Origin: Octopus sinensis
Taxonomy: Eukaryota
Direction: 5' to 3'
DNA: 64,000 nucleotides
Assembly (NCBI RefSeq): GCF_006345805.1
Contig: NC_042997.1
Location: forward strand, 60,822,001 to 60,886,000
Below are positions 62,603 to 64,000 of this stretch, one piece after another. Positions within the stretch are counted from its first letter, which is position 1. Each line of letters starts with the position of its first letter. The notes beneath the pieces are model-generated. The model had not been told where the DNA came from. It saw only the letters and a list, made by a program, of their open reading frames with translations, and searched no databases. A program made the translations under genes and the position numbers.

Positions 62603-64000
62603 TGTAGCAAATTACAAAACAACTGTCATCTCACCTTTCACTCCACTTTTCTGGAACCTGGTAATAAGGAAAAACTGAAGATAATCAATCTTTCAACCAA
62701 ACCTCTTTCTAACATAAACATTGACATCCTCTCAAAAGGGCTCAAATTTACACCAACTCCACGCAGAGCCAACCTAAATGAAATCAAGGATAATATAACA
62801 GAATTTTGCAGAAAATTAAGACTAGCAGAAGCATCAACCAGTTTCAATACTGAAGATGAATCACTAGTCAAGAACAAAAGTGAACACATCCCCCACAGAG
62901 GAAGAAATAAAGATCTTGACGAATTCTGTAACCACATTGAGAACTTTCCCTACCATACTATACATAAACAGAAAGTTAACTCAAATTTTAACACTACACA
63001 ATGGAAGGAACTGATAGAACTTCAAAATGATGAAGATATAACCATTAAGGAAGCAGACAAGGGAAATGCAGTTGTAATAATGGATACATCATACTATAGA
63101 AATCTTGTAATTTCCTTGCTTGATGACAACCAACATTATGAAAAAATTACCAACTACACCCCACAAAAAATAATGAAAACTCTATCTTCACTAATTAAAA
63201 CCCGTGAAAAGGAACTAACAACCAAAGAGATTGACTTTCTAACAAACTTTAAATGCAAACCTAGCCTCTTCTATGGTCTGCCAAAAATTCATAAAAGCCA
63301 AATTATAAATGAAACCATTAAAAAATCACCAAAGACATACATACACACACCTAACCCAGGGGACCTAAAACTACGACCCATTGTAGCTGGCCCAACCTGT
63401 GAAACACACAGACTAAGTCTATTTATGGACATCCTCCCGAAACCCTTACTTAAACATATCGATAGCCATATCAGAGATGACTTAGATATGTTAAACCACC
63501 TTCCAAAAAAAGCCAAGGAAGAAACAATCATGGTTTCATTTGATGTAGTTAACTTATATACCAGTATACCTCATAATTATGGACTAGAGGCAATACAGTT
63601 CTGGCTGGACCAATTTCCAGAAGAAACACCAAAAAGGATCAGTAAAGAATTCATTACTAAATCAATTGAATTCATCCTACATAATAACCACTTCATGTTT
63701 GACAATACATTTTACTGTCAAAAATCCGGAATTGCTATGGGTACAAGGGCAGCACCAGTCATTGCGAACCTAACAATGGGCTACCTGGAAATAATCATTT
63801 ACCAGGAATCTTTATCAATCTTTGGAAACCCCCTCTCTCAATACATAAAAGAGAATTGGAAACGATTCCTGGACGATTGTTTTATACTCTGGAATGATAA
63901 ACTCCTAAAATTTAAAAACCTATTGAACAGCATAAACCCAAATATACAGTTCACAATGGAATACAACCAAAAGGAGCTCCCATTCTTGGATATACTAATT
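62603..64000 (+). mobile_element. Penelope-like element reverse transcriptase, open frame running off the window end
   Basis: I read every codon from 62603 to 64000 and found no stop. Motifs: IINLS...LSKGLKFTPTP, KEADKGNAVVIMD, YGLPKIHK, RPIV, FDVVNLYTSIP, GIAMG, RFLDD, LPFLD. It is absent from the ORF track, presumably because no stop occurs in the window. Confidence 0.92.

Overview
Eukaryotic, very AT-rich, microsatellite- and transposon-dense genomic DNA. The repeat families resemble those of octopus or another coleoid cephalopod; this is my inference, not a database result. The only host gene is a Slo2/KCNT-type (Slack/Slick family) potassium channel on the minus strand. I traced 16 consecutive GT-AG exons between 33947 and 976 that splice in phase into 2121 nt (707 codons), covering the S1-S2 loop, S2-S6 with the TVGYGD filter, RCK1, the linker and the start of RCK2. 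I found neither the 5' exons nor the 3' end in the window. The introns contain three decayed Tc1/mariner-superfamily transposons, a mariner MITE, a hAT-type element, RTE-LINE fragments with (GAT)n tails, several SINE families, a decayed Penelope-like GIY-YIG remnant and an uninterrupted Penelope-like RT frame that runs off the window end. The most notable structure is at about 18.3-20.8 kb: two related ORF1 (zinc-knuckle type) retroelements sit in tandem at one 19-bp site inside a mariner 5' end, while a sister mariner at 39.6 kb has that site empty. This suggests a transposon-targeting, site-specific retroelement. Several long, near-perfect fold-back palindromes lie in the introns. Most entries in the ORF track are microsatellite artefacts.
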